Shown here: positions 40,367-52,780 of the stretch, one piece after another
How the letters are laid out: every line of letters begins with the position of its first letter
How positions within the stretch are numbered: position 1 is the stretch's first letter
From: an uncultured bacterium
Lineage (GTDB): Bacteria > Bacillota_I > Bacilli_A > RF39 > UBA660
Length of the DNA: 64,000 nucleotides
Reading direction: 5' to 3'
Assembly (NCBI GenBank): GCA_949293285.1
Contig: CASFCU010000017.1
Coordinates: forward strand, 2,432 to 66,431
Translations under genes and position numbers: made by a program
Notes under the pieces: generated by a model
What the model saw: only the letters and a program-made list of their open reading frames with translations
Databases searched by the model: none
What the model was told of the DNA's origin: nothing

Positions 40367-41728
40367 GTGGATAATTCTCTTTTATGGTCCAAGATTTTGG
40401 AAAAAATTAAAGCAGAAATCAATTCTTTATCGTATCAAACCTGGTTTGAAGAAACAAAACTATATGATTTAAGTAAAGGTGTAGCAAAAATATTAGTGCC
40501 ATATGCACTACATAAAGATCATTTAGCAAATAACTATAAAAAACTTATTATTTCTTGTTTCATTGAAGAAATAGGAGAATCCGTAGAATTAGAATTTTTA
40601 ATACAAGAAGATTTAATAGAAGATGATAATGACACTCATGAAAAAATATTAGAAGAAAATATCTACAATAATAATACTTTTGAATCGAATCTTAATAAAA
40701 AATATACTTTTGAAAATTTTATTGTAGGAAACAGCAATAGATTTGCCCATGCTGCAGCATTAGCCGTTGCCGAAAAACCGGGAGAAACCTACAATCCATT
40801 ATTTATATATGGAAACAGTGGATTAGGAAAAACACACTTAATGCACGCAATAGGAAACTATATAGAAAAAAATAGCAACAAAAGAATTCTTTATGTAACA
40901 AGTGAAACTTTTGTCTCAGAATTCGTGGAAATAACAAAAAAACAAGAAAATAAAAGCAATTTTGAATACATAGACTTTTTCAAACAAAAATATAGAAATA
41001 TCGATGTATTAATCATTGATGATATCCAATTTCTAGCGGGAGCAACAGAATCTCAAAAAGAATTTTTCCACACCTTTAATAACTTATATGGTGAAAATAA
41101 ACAAATAATTATATCATCCGATAGATCACCAAACGATTTAAAAGTCTTTGAAGATAGACTAAGAACCAGATTTAGTTGGGGACTACCAGTAAATATATAC
41201 CCACCGGACTTTGAACTAAAAGTTGCCATTTTAAAAAAACGGATAGTAGGGGAACAAGTAACAAAAGAGATTCCAGAACAAGTAATTGAATACATGGCAT
41301 CAAATATAGGAACAGATATAAGACAACTAGAAGGCAGCGTAAATAGACTAATGGCATACTCTACCATGATGGGAGCAGAAATAGATTTAAATCTAGCAAT
41401 CGAAGCTTTAAAAGATTATGTAAATAAAGGATTCAGTGAAAAAAATGATGTAAGTAGAATTCAAAAAATAGTAGCAGATTATTTCAAAATATCAATCGAA
41501 GATTTAAAATCAAAAAAAAGAAACGCCGACATTGCGTTTCCAAGGCAAATAGCCATGTACCTATGCAGAAAATTAACCGACGAATCTTTTCCTAAAATAG
41601 GAATAGAATTTGGAGGAAAAGATCATTCTACAGTAATGCACTCTTGTGAAAAAATAGAACAAGAAATAAAAAACAATAAAAGTTTTGCAGAAACGATAGA
41701 TAAATTGGAAAAAGATATTCACAATTAA
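40367..41728 (+). CDS. dnaA: Chromosomal replication initiator DnaA
   Basis: YTFENF, YNPLFIYGNSGLGKTHL, IDDIQF, RQIAMYL and GGKDHSTV motifs. Confidence 0.98.
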   Translation: MDNSLLWSKILEKIKAEINSLSYQTWFEETKLYDLSKGVAKILVPYALHKDHLANNYKKLIISCFIEEIGESVELEFLIQEDLIEDDNDTHEKILEENIYNNNTFESNLNKKYTFENFIVGNSNRFAHAAALAVAEKPGETYNPLFIYGNSGLGKTHLMHAIGNYIEKNSNKRILYVTSETFVSEFVEITKKQENKSNFEYIDFFKQKYRNIDVLIIDDIQFLAGATESQKEFFHTFNNLYGENKQIIISSDRSPNDLKVFEDRLRTRFSWGLPVNIYPPDFELKVAILKKRIVGEQVTKEIPEQVIEYMASNIGTDIRQLEGSVNRLMAYSTMMGAEIDLNLAIEALKDYVNKGFSEKNDVSRIQKIVADYFKISIEDLKSKKRNADIAFPRQIAMYLCRKLTDESFPKIGIEFGGKDHSTVMHSCEKIEQEIKNNKSFAETIDKLEKDIHN

Positions 41729-41850
41729 CATCATATCAACAACTTATCAACAAGAAAAAATAAAAAATACGTTTAAAAATAAAGGAAATTGAAACTTATC
41801 AACAATATCCACAGCAATAATATAAAAATAACTATAAGAAAGAAGGAATA
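41729..41850. other. oriC part 2: DnaA boxes and AT-rich unwinding region between dnaA and dnaN
   Basis: ATATCAACA 41733, TTATCAACA 41744, tandem TTATCAACA-ATATCCACA 41796-41813, followed by an A/T-rich tract. Confidence 0.85.
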
Positions 41851-41855
41851 ATATT

Positions 41856-42986
41856 ATGAAATTAAAAATTAAAAGAGAATTACTATTAGAAAATTTAAAC
41901 AAAGTATCAAAGGCAATTTCTACAAAAAACTTAATACCAACACTATCTGGTATCAAATTTGATTTAACCAAAGAAGGACTTACTTTAACAGCATCAAACA
42001 ATGACATCACTATTCAAAAATTTATCAAAATAAAAGAAGATAACATGGACATTCAAAAAGAAGGAATAATAATTATTCAAGGAAAAGAAATTCTTGACAT
42101 AGTAAGAATAATAGGAGAAGAAGAAATCAACATAGAAGTAATAGATGAACTAAAAGTCCTAATATACACGGATGATGAAAAAATTAAATATGACTTAAAT
42201 GTAATAAATAAAAATGAATACCCAAATGTGAATCTTGAAAAAAGTGACAATCATGTTGTTTTAAAATCTGACGAATTATTAAATATTGTAAAAGAAACTG
42301 CTTTTGCAACATCTACAGACGAATCAAGACCAGTCTTAACAGGAATCAATTTTAAAATTAATGGTGATCTATTAGAATGTAGTGCAACAGATTCTTATAG
42401 ATTAGCAAAAAAAGAAATTAGACTTAATAAACCAGTGGAAGAAATATATAATATTATAATTCCTGGAAAGAATTTAATAGAATTTAGTAGAATAATTGAT
42501 GATAGAGAAGGGGAAATCAATATTCATATTTTCAACAATAAAATATTATTTGAAGAAGATAATTTATTATTTCAATCTAGATTAATCAATGGAAATTATC
42601 CTAACACTTCGAAATTAATACCAGAAGAATCTATTTTGAAAATTACTGCTAGATTATCACAATTATATAATGTAATAGAACAAGCAAGTATTCTTACGAC
42701 AGATAAAGAAAAAAATATCGTTTCTCTATCAACAAATGGAAATTTATTAACTGTTAAATCAGTATCAAATGAAAAAGGAAAAGCAGAAATGAAAATGAAT
42801 ATAGAGAAAAATAATACTGAAGAAATTACTATAGCATTTAGTGCAAAATACATGATGGAAGCTTTAAATGCTCTAACTACAGAAAATGTCGAAATGTCAT
42901 TTGTAGGAGAAATAAAACCAATAACAATAAAGAATACAACAGACGATGGTTTAATACAATTAGTAGTACCAATAAGAACCTATTAA
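41856..42986 (+). CDS. dnaN: DNA polymerase III beta clamp
   Basis: STDESRPVLTG, ATDSYRL, SRLINGNYP and C-terminal LVVPIRTY. Confidence 0.97.
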   Translation: MKLKIKRELLLENLNKVSKAISTKNLIPTLSGIKFDLTKEGLTLTASNNDITIQKFIKIKEDNMDIQKEGIIIIQGKEILDIVRIIGEEEINIEVIDELKVLIYTDDEKIKYDLNVINKNEYPNVNLEKSDNHVVLKSDELLNIVKETAFATSTDESRPVLTGINFKINGDLLECSATDSYRLAKKEIRLNKPVEEIYNIIIPGKNLIEFSRIIDDREGEINIHIFNNKILFEEDNLLFQSRLINGNYPNTSKLIPEESILKITARLSQLYNVIEQASILTTDKEKNIVSLSTNGNLLTVKSVSNEKGKAEMKMNIEKNNTEEITIAFSAKYMMEALNALTTENVEMSFVGEIKPITIKNTTDDGLIQLVVPIRTY

Positions 42987-43066
42987 AAAAAGCAAAAAAA
43001 GACAAAATATGACAAATATCTATGTTAATATATCATCCATAATTTTCAAAGGGGGATATATTATAT

Positions 43067-43525
43067 ATGGAAAATTATGAAATAAATGAAGAGACTTATG
43101 CAGTAATATCTGAATATTTTGGACAAACCAAAATTATTGAGAAAGATAGTGAATGGATCATCGAAAGTCAGGCTTATAAGATTATGGATGAAAGCTGTCA
43201 ATATTATGGAAGTAGTTATAAAGGAAGATTAACAGCCTCCAAAAAAATGTTAGAATGTAGCTATAAATTACCAATCGTGGTAGAAGAAAGCAGTTGTCTG
43301 ATATTTTTTCCTACAAAATCTTCACTAGTAGATGATTGTTGTTGGATTAATTTAAACAGTATAAAAAAAGTGGAAAAAGATGGCAAAAACACTAAAATTA
43401 TCTTTAATAATGACAAAGAAATCGTATTGGAAATATCAAAATTATCAATCGATAATCAAATCTATAGATCTACTAAGTTAGAATCATTAATTAAAAAGAG
43501 AATAAATGCAAAAAAAAGGATATAA
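43067..43525 (+). CDS. comK: ComK-family competence transcription factor
   Basis: YEINEETYAV, IMDESCQYYGSSYKGR, YKLPIVV and FFPTKS...CCWI match the ComK family pattern. Confidence 0.82.
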   Translation: MENYEINEETYAVISEYFGQTKIIEKDSEWIIESQAYKIMDESCQYYGSSYKGRLTASKKMLECSYKLPIVVEESSCLIFFPTKSSLVDDCCWINLNSIKKVEKDGKNTKIIFNNDKEIVLEISKLSIDNQIYRSTKLESLIKKRINAKKRI

Positions 43526-43604
43526 CTCCTTTTTTTCTTTGTTTAAAGGCTTATTTTATGATATAATCATATTGTATGTATGGGAATACTTATATTAGGT
43601 TAAG

Positions 43605-46671
<3,067 letters not shown>

Positions 46672-46680
46672 GAGGTTAAT

Positions 46681-49122
46681 ATGGATAGGTTAGAACAAAA
46701 TAATATAGTAAAAGAGGTTCAAACATCATTTTTGGAATATTCAATGAGCGTTATTGTAGCACGTGCTTTACCTGATTTAAGAGATGGATTAAAACCAGTA
46801 CATAGACGTATATTATATTCAATGTTTGAGTCAGGATATACGCCAGATAAACAACATCGTAAATGTGCCAGAATAGTCGGAGATGTTATGGGAAAATATC
46901 ATCCACACGGGGATTCTAGCATATATGAAGCAATGGTAAGAATGGCACAAGATTTTAGCTATCGTTACATGTTAGTAGATGGACATGGTAACTTTGGTAA
47001 CATGGATGGTGATGGTGCTGCTGCTATGCGTTATACCGAAGCTAGGCTTTCTAAAATCAGTTTGGAACTTTTGAGAGATTTAAATAAAGATACGGTAAAT
47101 TTTATTTCTAATTTTGATGAAACAGAAAAAGAACCAGAAGTAATACCAAGTAGATTCCCAAATATATTGGTAAATGGTACTATGGGAATTGCTGTGGGAA
47201 TGGCAACCAATATTCCACCTCATAATTTAGGAGAAGTAATAGATGGCTGCATTGCATATATTGATAACAATGAAATAACACCATTAGAACTTATGAATTA
47301 TATAAAGGGACCGGATTTTCCAACTGGTGCAATCATATTAGGAAATAGTGGTATCAGAAAGGCTTATGAAACAGGAAGAGGAACTATTACTATTCGATGC
47401 AAAGCCAACATAGAAGAGACTAATAATAAACACCGTATAGTAATAACAGAAATTCCCTATGGTATAAATACACTGGAATTAAAAAATAGAATTGCAGAAT
47501 TGGTAAGAGATAAAGTATTAGAGGGAATTGCAGATTATCATGAAGAAACGAATATAGAAAATGGTGTAAAAATAGTAGTCACTCTAAAAAAAGAAGCTAA
47601 TCCGAATGTCGTATTGAATAATCTTTATAAACACACTGCATTACAATCAACTTTTGGAATAATATTTCTTATGTTAGACAAAGGTGTACCAAAAACCTTA
47701 AATATAAAAGAAATCATAAGTAAATACGTAGAATATCAACGAGAAGTAATAACAAGGAGAACTAATTTTGATTTAAAAAAGGCCGAAGCACGAGCACATA
47801 TTTTAGAAGGATATAAAATTGCCTTAGATAATTTAGATGCAGTAATAAATATAATTAGAAATGCAGAAACAGATTTAATTGCAAAAGAAAAGCTAATGAG
47901 TAATTTTAATTTAAGTGAAGCACAAACAGACGCAATATTAGAATTAAAATTACGTAGACTAACTGGATTGGAAAGAGATAAAATAGAACAGGATCTAGAA
48001 GAAACATTAAATCTAATCAATGAATTAAAATCAATCTTAGCAAGTGAAGAAAAAATAGATGAGATAATAAAGAAAGAAATGACTGAAATTAAAGAAAAAT
48101 ATTCTGATGATAGAAGAACAACTATAGATATGTCAGCTATTGATTATATTGAAGATGAATCACTAATACCAGTAGAGGATATCATCATAGCACTTACTAA
48201 TAAAGGATATATTAAAAGAGTTCCAAACGAGACGTTCAAAACTCAAAATAGGGGAGGAGTTGGTATCAAAGGAATGTCTACTAATGAAGAAGATTTTCCA
48301 GAGAAATTGATATCGATGAAAACTCATGATTATTTATTAATGTTCAGTAATTTTGGTAAGGTATATAGAATGAAAGGATATGAGATTCCAGAATTTAGCA
48401 GACAATCCAAAGGACTGCCAATAGTAAATTTAATACCTTTAGAAAAAAACGAAAGAATAACGTCAGTAGTAACCGTAGATTCATCAGATAATGAAATTAA
48501 CAAATACTTAGTTTTCGTAACAAAATTTGGTTTAATTAAGAGAACAAATATGCAAGAGTTTGACAGTATAAGGAATAATGGAAAAAAAGCAATCGTTTTA
48601 AAGGAAAATGATCAATTGATTTCAGTAAGAAAAACTACAGGAAAAAATGAAATCATCATTGGAGCAAGTAATGGTAGAGTTGTAAGATTTTATGAAAACG
48701 AAGTAAGAGTTATGGGAAGAGGAAGTTGTGGCGTAAAAGGAATCGATATTAATGATAATGAGTTTGTAGTAGGAGCAGAAATAATTTCCCAAGATGAACA
48801 AGTTTTGATTGTAACTGAAAATGGATATGGAAAGAAAACTCCAATCGAAGAATACAGATTGACGCATAGAGGAAGTAAGGGTGTAAAAACATTAAATGTA
48901 ACAGAAAAGAATGGTAATATTGTATCTTTAAAAACTGTTTTGGGAGATGAAGATTTAATTATTATAACAGATACAGGAATGACAATACGAATTTCAATAA
49001 CACAAATTTCCACTTTAAGTAGAAATACTCAAGGGGTTCGATTAATTACATTGAAAAATAATCAAAAAGTTTCAACAATAGCAACAATTGATAAACTGAT
49101 GGAAGAAGAATTGAATGAATAA
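46681..49122 (+). CDS. gyrA: DNA gyrase subunit A
   Basis: [25 protein letters not shown] and GyrA box QNRGGVG. Confidence 0.97.
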   Translation: MDRLEQNNIVKEVQTSFLEYSMSVIVARALPDLRDGLKPVHRRILYSMFESGYTPDKQHRKCARIVGDVMGKYHPHGDSSIYEAMVRMAQDFSYRYMLVDGHGNFGNMDGDGAAAMRYTEARLSKISLELLRDLNKDTVNFISNFDETEKEPEVIPSRFPNILVNGTMGIAVGMATNIPPHNLGEVIDGCIAYIDNNEITPLELMNYIKGPDFPTGAIILGNSGIRKAYETGRGTITIRCKANIEETNNKHRIVITEIPYGINTLELKNRIAELVRDKVLEGIADYHEETNIENGVKIVVTLKKEANPNVVLNNLYKHTALQSTFGIIFLMLDKGVPKTLNIKEIISKYVEYQREVITRRTNFDLKKAEARAHILEGYKIALDNLDAVINIIRNAETDLIAKEKLMSNFNLSEAQTDAILELKLRRLTGLERDKIEQDLEETLNLINELKSILASEEKIDEIIKKEMTEIKEKYSDDRRTTIDMSAIDYIEDESLIPVEDIIIALTNKGYIKRVPNETFKTQNRGGVGIKGMSTNEEDFPEKLISMKTHDYLLMFSNFGKVYRMKGYEIPEFSRQSKGLPIVNLIPLEKNERITSVVTVDSSDNEINKYLVFVTKFGLIKRTNMQEFDSIRNNGKKAIVLKENDQLISVRKTTGKNEIIIGASNGRVVRFYENEVRVMGRGSCGVKGIDINDNEFVVGAEIISQDEQVLIVTENGYGKKTPIEEYRLTHRGSKGVKTLNVTEKNGNIVSLKTVLGDEDLIIITDTGMTIRISITQISTLSRNTQGVRLITLKNNQKVSTIATIDKLMEEELNE

Positions 49123-49153
49123 TTCTAATTCTTCTTTTTTTTGTGGAAAAAGA

Positions 49154-49169
49154 TGTTTCACGTGAAACA
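49154..49169. promoter_or_regulatory. parS centromere site 1
   Basis: TGTTTCACGTGAAACA, perfect parS consensus within a 22-bp palindrome (49151-49172). Confidence 0.93.
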
Positions 49170-49256
49170 TCTAATACTAGAAACGGAGTAAAAGTTTTAA
49201 AATTTAAAATTTAGTAAAGAAAAATTTACAAACCCTAGGATATTTCTATAAAAAAG

Positions 49257-49285
49257 TTGAAATCTTTTTTCACATATAGTAAAAT
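49257..49285 (+). promoter_or_regulatory. Sigma-A promoter of the SRP RNA gene
   Basis: TTGAAA, 17-nt spacer, TAAAAT, ending just before the RNA 5' end. Confidence 0.7.
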
Positions 49286-49290
49286 CTTGT

Positions 49291-49367
49291 TGATGCAATA
49301 GATACAGCGGAACCAGGTCAGGATTGGAAAATAGCAGCCTTAACGTATATAGTGTCTATGTGCATCA
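49291..49367 (+). ncRNA. ffs: Signal recognition particle RNA, minimal (about 77 nt) type
   Basis: Terminal pairing TGATGCA...TGCATCA and conserved helix 8 TCAGG-ATT-GGAA-AAT-AGCAGC; synteny with tadA and dnaX. Confidence 0.88.
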
Positions 49368-49387
49368 TTTTTTTTGGAGTTGATTGT

Positions 49388-49822
49388 ATGAAAGATGATT
49401 CATATTATATGAATATAGCTTATAGAGAAGCCTTAAAGGCTTTGAAAAAAAATGAAATACCAGTAGGTGCAATAATTGTCTCTAATATTGATGGGAAAAT
49501 TATATCTAAAGGTCATAATTTAAGAGATAGCAAATACATAGTTACAAAACATGCTGAAATCATTGCAATTGAAAAAGCAAATAAGAAAAGGAAAAATTGG
49601 CGATTAAATGATTGTACATTATATACAACATTAAAGCCTTGTGATATGTGCATGTCTGTAATTTTTAGTTGTAAAATACCTAGAGTGATATATTCAGCAA
49701 ATTCAACTTGCTTAAATAATGCAAATAATTGTAGAATATCACAGATAGAAAATAACGAGTTGATTTTAAAAAGTTCATCAATAATTCAAAAAGCATTTGT
49801 TAATATTAGAAATCAAAAATAA
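49388..49822 (+). CDS. tadA: tRNA-specific adenosine deaminase
   Basis: EIPVGAIIV, HAEIIAI, NWRL and PCxMC motifs; start set at ATG 49388 after GGAG. Confidence 0.9.
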   Translation: MKDDSYYMNIAYREALKALKKNEIPVGAIIVSNIDGKIISKGHNLRDSKYIVTKHAEIIAIEKANKKRKNWRLNDCTLYTTLKPCDMCMSVIFSCKIPRVIYSANSTCLNNANNCRISQIENNELILKSSSIIQKAFVNIRNQK

Positions 49823-49851
49823 AGAGATAGATCATTATCTGTGGAAAAAGA

Positions 49852-49867
49852 AGTTTCACGTGAAACA
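49852..49867. promoter_or_regulatory. parS centromere site 2
   Basis: AGTTTCACGTGAAACA, 15/16 match to parS. Confidence 0.88.
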
Positions 49868-49908
49868 TAGATAAAAAGAAACGGAGTAGATATTTCCCAA
49901 AAGAGAAT

Positions 49909-49922
49909 ATTTCCTGGGAAAT
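49909..49922. promoter_or_regulatory. Putative Noc-binding site (NBS)
   Basis: ATTTCCTGGGAAAT, 13/14 to the Bacillus NBS ATTTCCCGGGAAAT, with extended AAT/ATT symmetry. Confidence 0.65.
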
Positions 49923-50102
49923 ATTTTTAATTAAAACAGAGAAGATAAAAGATAAATAAGCAAAGATTGTGGAAAAAATATTAGCAACAGAATATTTGGA
50001 AAAATATTGATAAAGAAAAATAAATGTAAATAAATATGTTCATAAAATTTAAGAAATATAAAAAATGTGTTATAATACTAGAGAAAAGTGAAAGGAGGGA
50101 AT

Positions 50103-51635
50103 ATGGGGTATCAAGCATTATATAGAAAGTATAGACCTAAAAATTTTAATGAAATTTCTGGTCAGAATGTAACAATTAAAATATTAAAAAATGCAGTAAA
50201 AAATAAAAAAATAGCACATGCATATCTATTCTATGGTCCAAGAGGAACTGGAAAAACTTCAATTGCAAAAATATTTGCAAGAGCAGTAAATTGTACAAAT
50301 GAAGAAAATGGAATACAGTGTGAAAGATGTGAAAGTTGTATATCTTCAAAACAAAAAGAATGTGTTGATATTATTGAAATAGATGCAGCATCTAACAATG
50401 GAGTAGATGAGATAAGAGAATTAAAAAACAAAGTATCCTTTGTTCCTAGTGAACTAAAATATAAAGTATATATTATTGATGAGGTGCATATGCTTTCAAT
50501 TGGCGCTTTTAATGCATTGTTAAAAACATTAGAAGAACCTCCTGAACATATAATATTTATATTAGCCACTACCGAATTACATAAGGTACCAGTAACAATA
50601 GTTTCTAGATGTCAAACTCTTGAATTTAGAAAAATAAGTGATACTGACATGAAAGATAGACTTTTAGAAATAGCTAAAAATGAGAATATTAAAATAGATG
50701 ATCAATCAGTTATGGAAATCGTTAAATATTCTAATGGTGGATTAAGAGATGCCATCGGATTATTAGAAAAAGCAAATTCATATTCGGAAGGAAATATAGA
50801 CATTAATGTAATTAAAGAAATATCGGGCAATCTTTCAACGATGAAATTAAAAGAATTCTTAAATCTATTTGAAGAAAAGAATATTGAGCAAATTATAAAA
50901 AAAATAAATGAATATTATAATAGTGGAGTAGATTTAATAAAATTAACTAATGAACTAGTTGAATTTCAACGAAATAAAATTATCAATGAAAGAAAATACG
51001 ATTCGTACGAATGTTCTATCATAAAACAACTTGATGAGCTAACAGACACTATGAAAAAATCAGAAAATCCAAAAATAATATTTGAAATCACAATACTAAA
51101 TATGTTAAATGACCCGAAAAATACAGATAAGGAACCAATTAAAGAAGAAGTAGAAACAAAAGTATTAACAGAAGAACCTAAGAACTCAACTAAAAATGAC
51201 AATGAAGAATTAAAAAAAATACGAGTTGGTAATACGCTTTCCGACCCTCAAAAAAATATTATTTCTTACATTAGAAATAACTGGAATGAACTCAAAAACT
51301 TAGCTTTTGATAGTAATTATGGAAATCTAGCAAGATTATTAAGTTCAGATATACTACCAGTTGCTGCAAGTCAAACTAACATAATATTGATATCAAAACT
51401 TAACGGCATAGCAGAACAAATAAACAATGATTTGTATAAAGTAGAAAAAATATTTGAAATAGTATTTAAAAAACAATATAAGGTAATATGTATTTCAGAG
51501 AAAGAATGGAATGAATACATAGAAATATATAAAAGAAATAAAAACACTTTTAAATATGTAGAAGAAAAAGAGGTTTATAAAAAACAAGAATTAACGTTAA
51601 AAGATAAAGTAAAAGAACTATTTGAAATTTTATAA
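50103..51635 (+). CDS. dnaX: DNA polymerase III subunit gamma/tau
   Basis: LYRKYRP, GPRGTGKTS, zinc cluster, DAASNNGVD, IDEVHMLS and SRC motifs; start set at ATG 50103. Confidence 0.96.
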   Translation: MGYQALYRKYRPKNFNEISGQNVTIKILKNAVKNKKIAHAYLFYGPRGTGKTSIAKIFARAVNCTNEENGIQCERCESCISSKQKECVDIIEIDAASNNGVDEIRELKNKVSFVPSELKYKVYIIDEVHMLSIGAFNALLKTLEEPPEHIIFILATTELHKVPVTIVSRCQTLEFRKISDTDMKDRLLEIAKNENIKIDDQSVMEIVKYSNGGLRDAIGLLEKANSYSEGNIDINVIKEISGNLSTMKLKEFLNLFEEKNIEQIIKKINEYYNSGVDLIKLTNELVEFQRNKIINERKYDSYECSIIKQLDELTDTMKKSENPKIIFEITILNMLNDPKNTDKEPIKEEVETKVLTEEPKNSTKNDNEELKKIRVGNTLSDPQKNIISYIRNNWNELKNLAFDSNYGNLARLLSSDILPVAASQTNIILISKLNGIAEQINNDLYKVEKIFEIVFKKQYKVICISEKEWNEYIEIYKRNKNTFKYVEEKEVYKKQELTLKDKVKELFEIL

Positions 51636-51653
51636 AGAAAGAAGGAAAATAAT

Positions 51654-51950
51654 ATGAATATGCAAGCACTTATGAAACAAGCACAGAATTTACAAAAGGA
51701 TATGTTAAAAATTCAAGAGGAAATAGAAAACACAGAATTTGAAGGAGAAAATTCTTTAGTTAAAGTAAAAGTAAATGGTAAAAAAGAAATATTATCAATA
51801 ACAATTGATAAAAATGCATCATTGTCCAATGAGGACTTAGAAATGTTAGAAGATATGATAATGGTTTCTATAAATAATGCATTCAAGAAAGTTGATACAC
51901 TAAGAGAACAAAAAATGTCAAAATTTGGTAATATTCCAGGGATGTTCTAA
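51654..51950 (+). CDS. ybaB: YbaB/EbfC nucleoid-associated protein
   Basis: MQALMKQAQ and DLEMLEDMI motifs; between dnaX and recR. Confidence 0.92.
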   Translation: MNMQALMKQAQNLQKDMLKIQEEIENTEFEGENSLVKVKVNGKKEILSITIDKNASLSNEDLEMLEDMIMVSINNAFKKVDTLREQKMSKFGNIPGMF

Positions 51951-52546
51951 TGTATCCTGAAAGTCTAAAAAATTTAATAGAAAGTTTCAAACTTTTGCCT
52001 GGAATAGGAGAAAAAACAGCAGAAAGACTTGCATTCTACTTAATAAATGAAGATGTGGAAAAAACGGACTTTTTTGCAGAATCTATTAAAAATGCCAAAG
52101 AAAAAATAAAAAGATGCTCTATATGTAACAGTATAACCGATAAAGATATTTGTGATATATGCAGCAATGATCTAAGGGAAAAAAATGTATTGTGTGTAGT
52201 AGAAGACCCAAAAAGCATTTTCTTATTTGAAAAAGTAGGAACATATCATGGAGAATATCATGTTATTGATGGTTTAATATCACCTTTAGATGGTGTTGAT
52301 CCTGACGATATTGGACTTGAAAAATTAATAAAAAGAATTCAGAAAAATAAATATAAAGAAATAATAATAGCAGTAAAGCCAAGCATTGAAGGAGAAACAA
52401 CTGCTTTATATATCAAGAAAATTATGGAAGGAATGAACATAAAAGTAACGAGAATAGCAAGCGGTATTCCAATCGGTACAGATATCGAGTATATTGATAC
52501 AATGACATTGGAAAGGGCTCTTAACGATAGGAAAGAAATAGAATAA
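51950..52546 (+). CDS. recR: Recombination protein RecR
   Basis: LPGIGEKTAERLAF, C4 zinc finger and EGETTA motifs. Confidence 0.96.
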   Translation: MYPESLKNLIESFKLLPGIGEKTAERLAFYLINEDVEKTDFFAESIKNAKEKIKRCSICNSITDKDICDICSNDLREKNVLCVVEDPKSIFLFEKVGTYHGEYHVIDGLISPLDGVDPDDIGLEKLIKRIQKNKYKEIIIAVKPSIEGETTALYIKKIMEGMNIKVTRIASGIPIGTDIEYIDTMTLERALNDRKEIE

Positions 52547-52584
52547 AGTTCTTCTTTTTTTCATACTCTTTAACGAGGTGAACT

Positions 52585-52770
52585 ATGAAAAAAGCACTTT
52601 ATCTATTAAAAAAAATAATTTTTGCAGTCTTACTTTTATACACGTATAACTTAATAGGAGTATCTTTTAACCTAATAATCCCAATTAACTATATCACAGT
52701 ATCTATTGTTACTATACTTGATTTACCAGGATTTGCATTATTGATAGTTATATTAAAATTATTTTACTAA
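52585..52770 (+). CDS. bofA: Pro-sigmaK processing inhibitor BofA-family protein
   Basis: Short hydrophobic ORF with IPINYIT...ILDLPG; lies after recR as in Bacillus. Confidence 0.75.
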   Translation: MKKALYLLKKIIFAVLLLYTYNLIGVSFNLIIPINYITVSIVTILDLPGFALLIVILKLFY

Positions 52771-52780
52771 GAGAGGTTAT

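Noticed and set aside
40188..40472. 94-aa ORF upstream of and overlapping dnaA
   Set aside because: It runs through the DnaA-box cluster and overlaps dnaA out of frame; a chance ORF.
49123..49290. Expected rRNA operon or tRNAs after gyrA
   Set aside because: No rRNA or tRNA-like sequence is present; the interval holds parS and the SRP promoter.
49142..49888. Repeated palindromic units considered as CRISPR repeats or att sites
   Set aside because: Only two copies 698 bp apart, the core is parS, the enclosed genes are housekeeping, and there is no cas or integrase gene.
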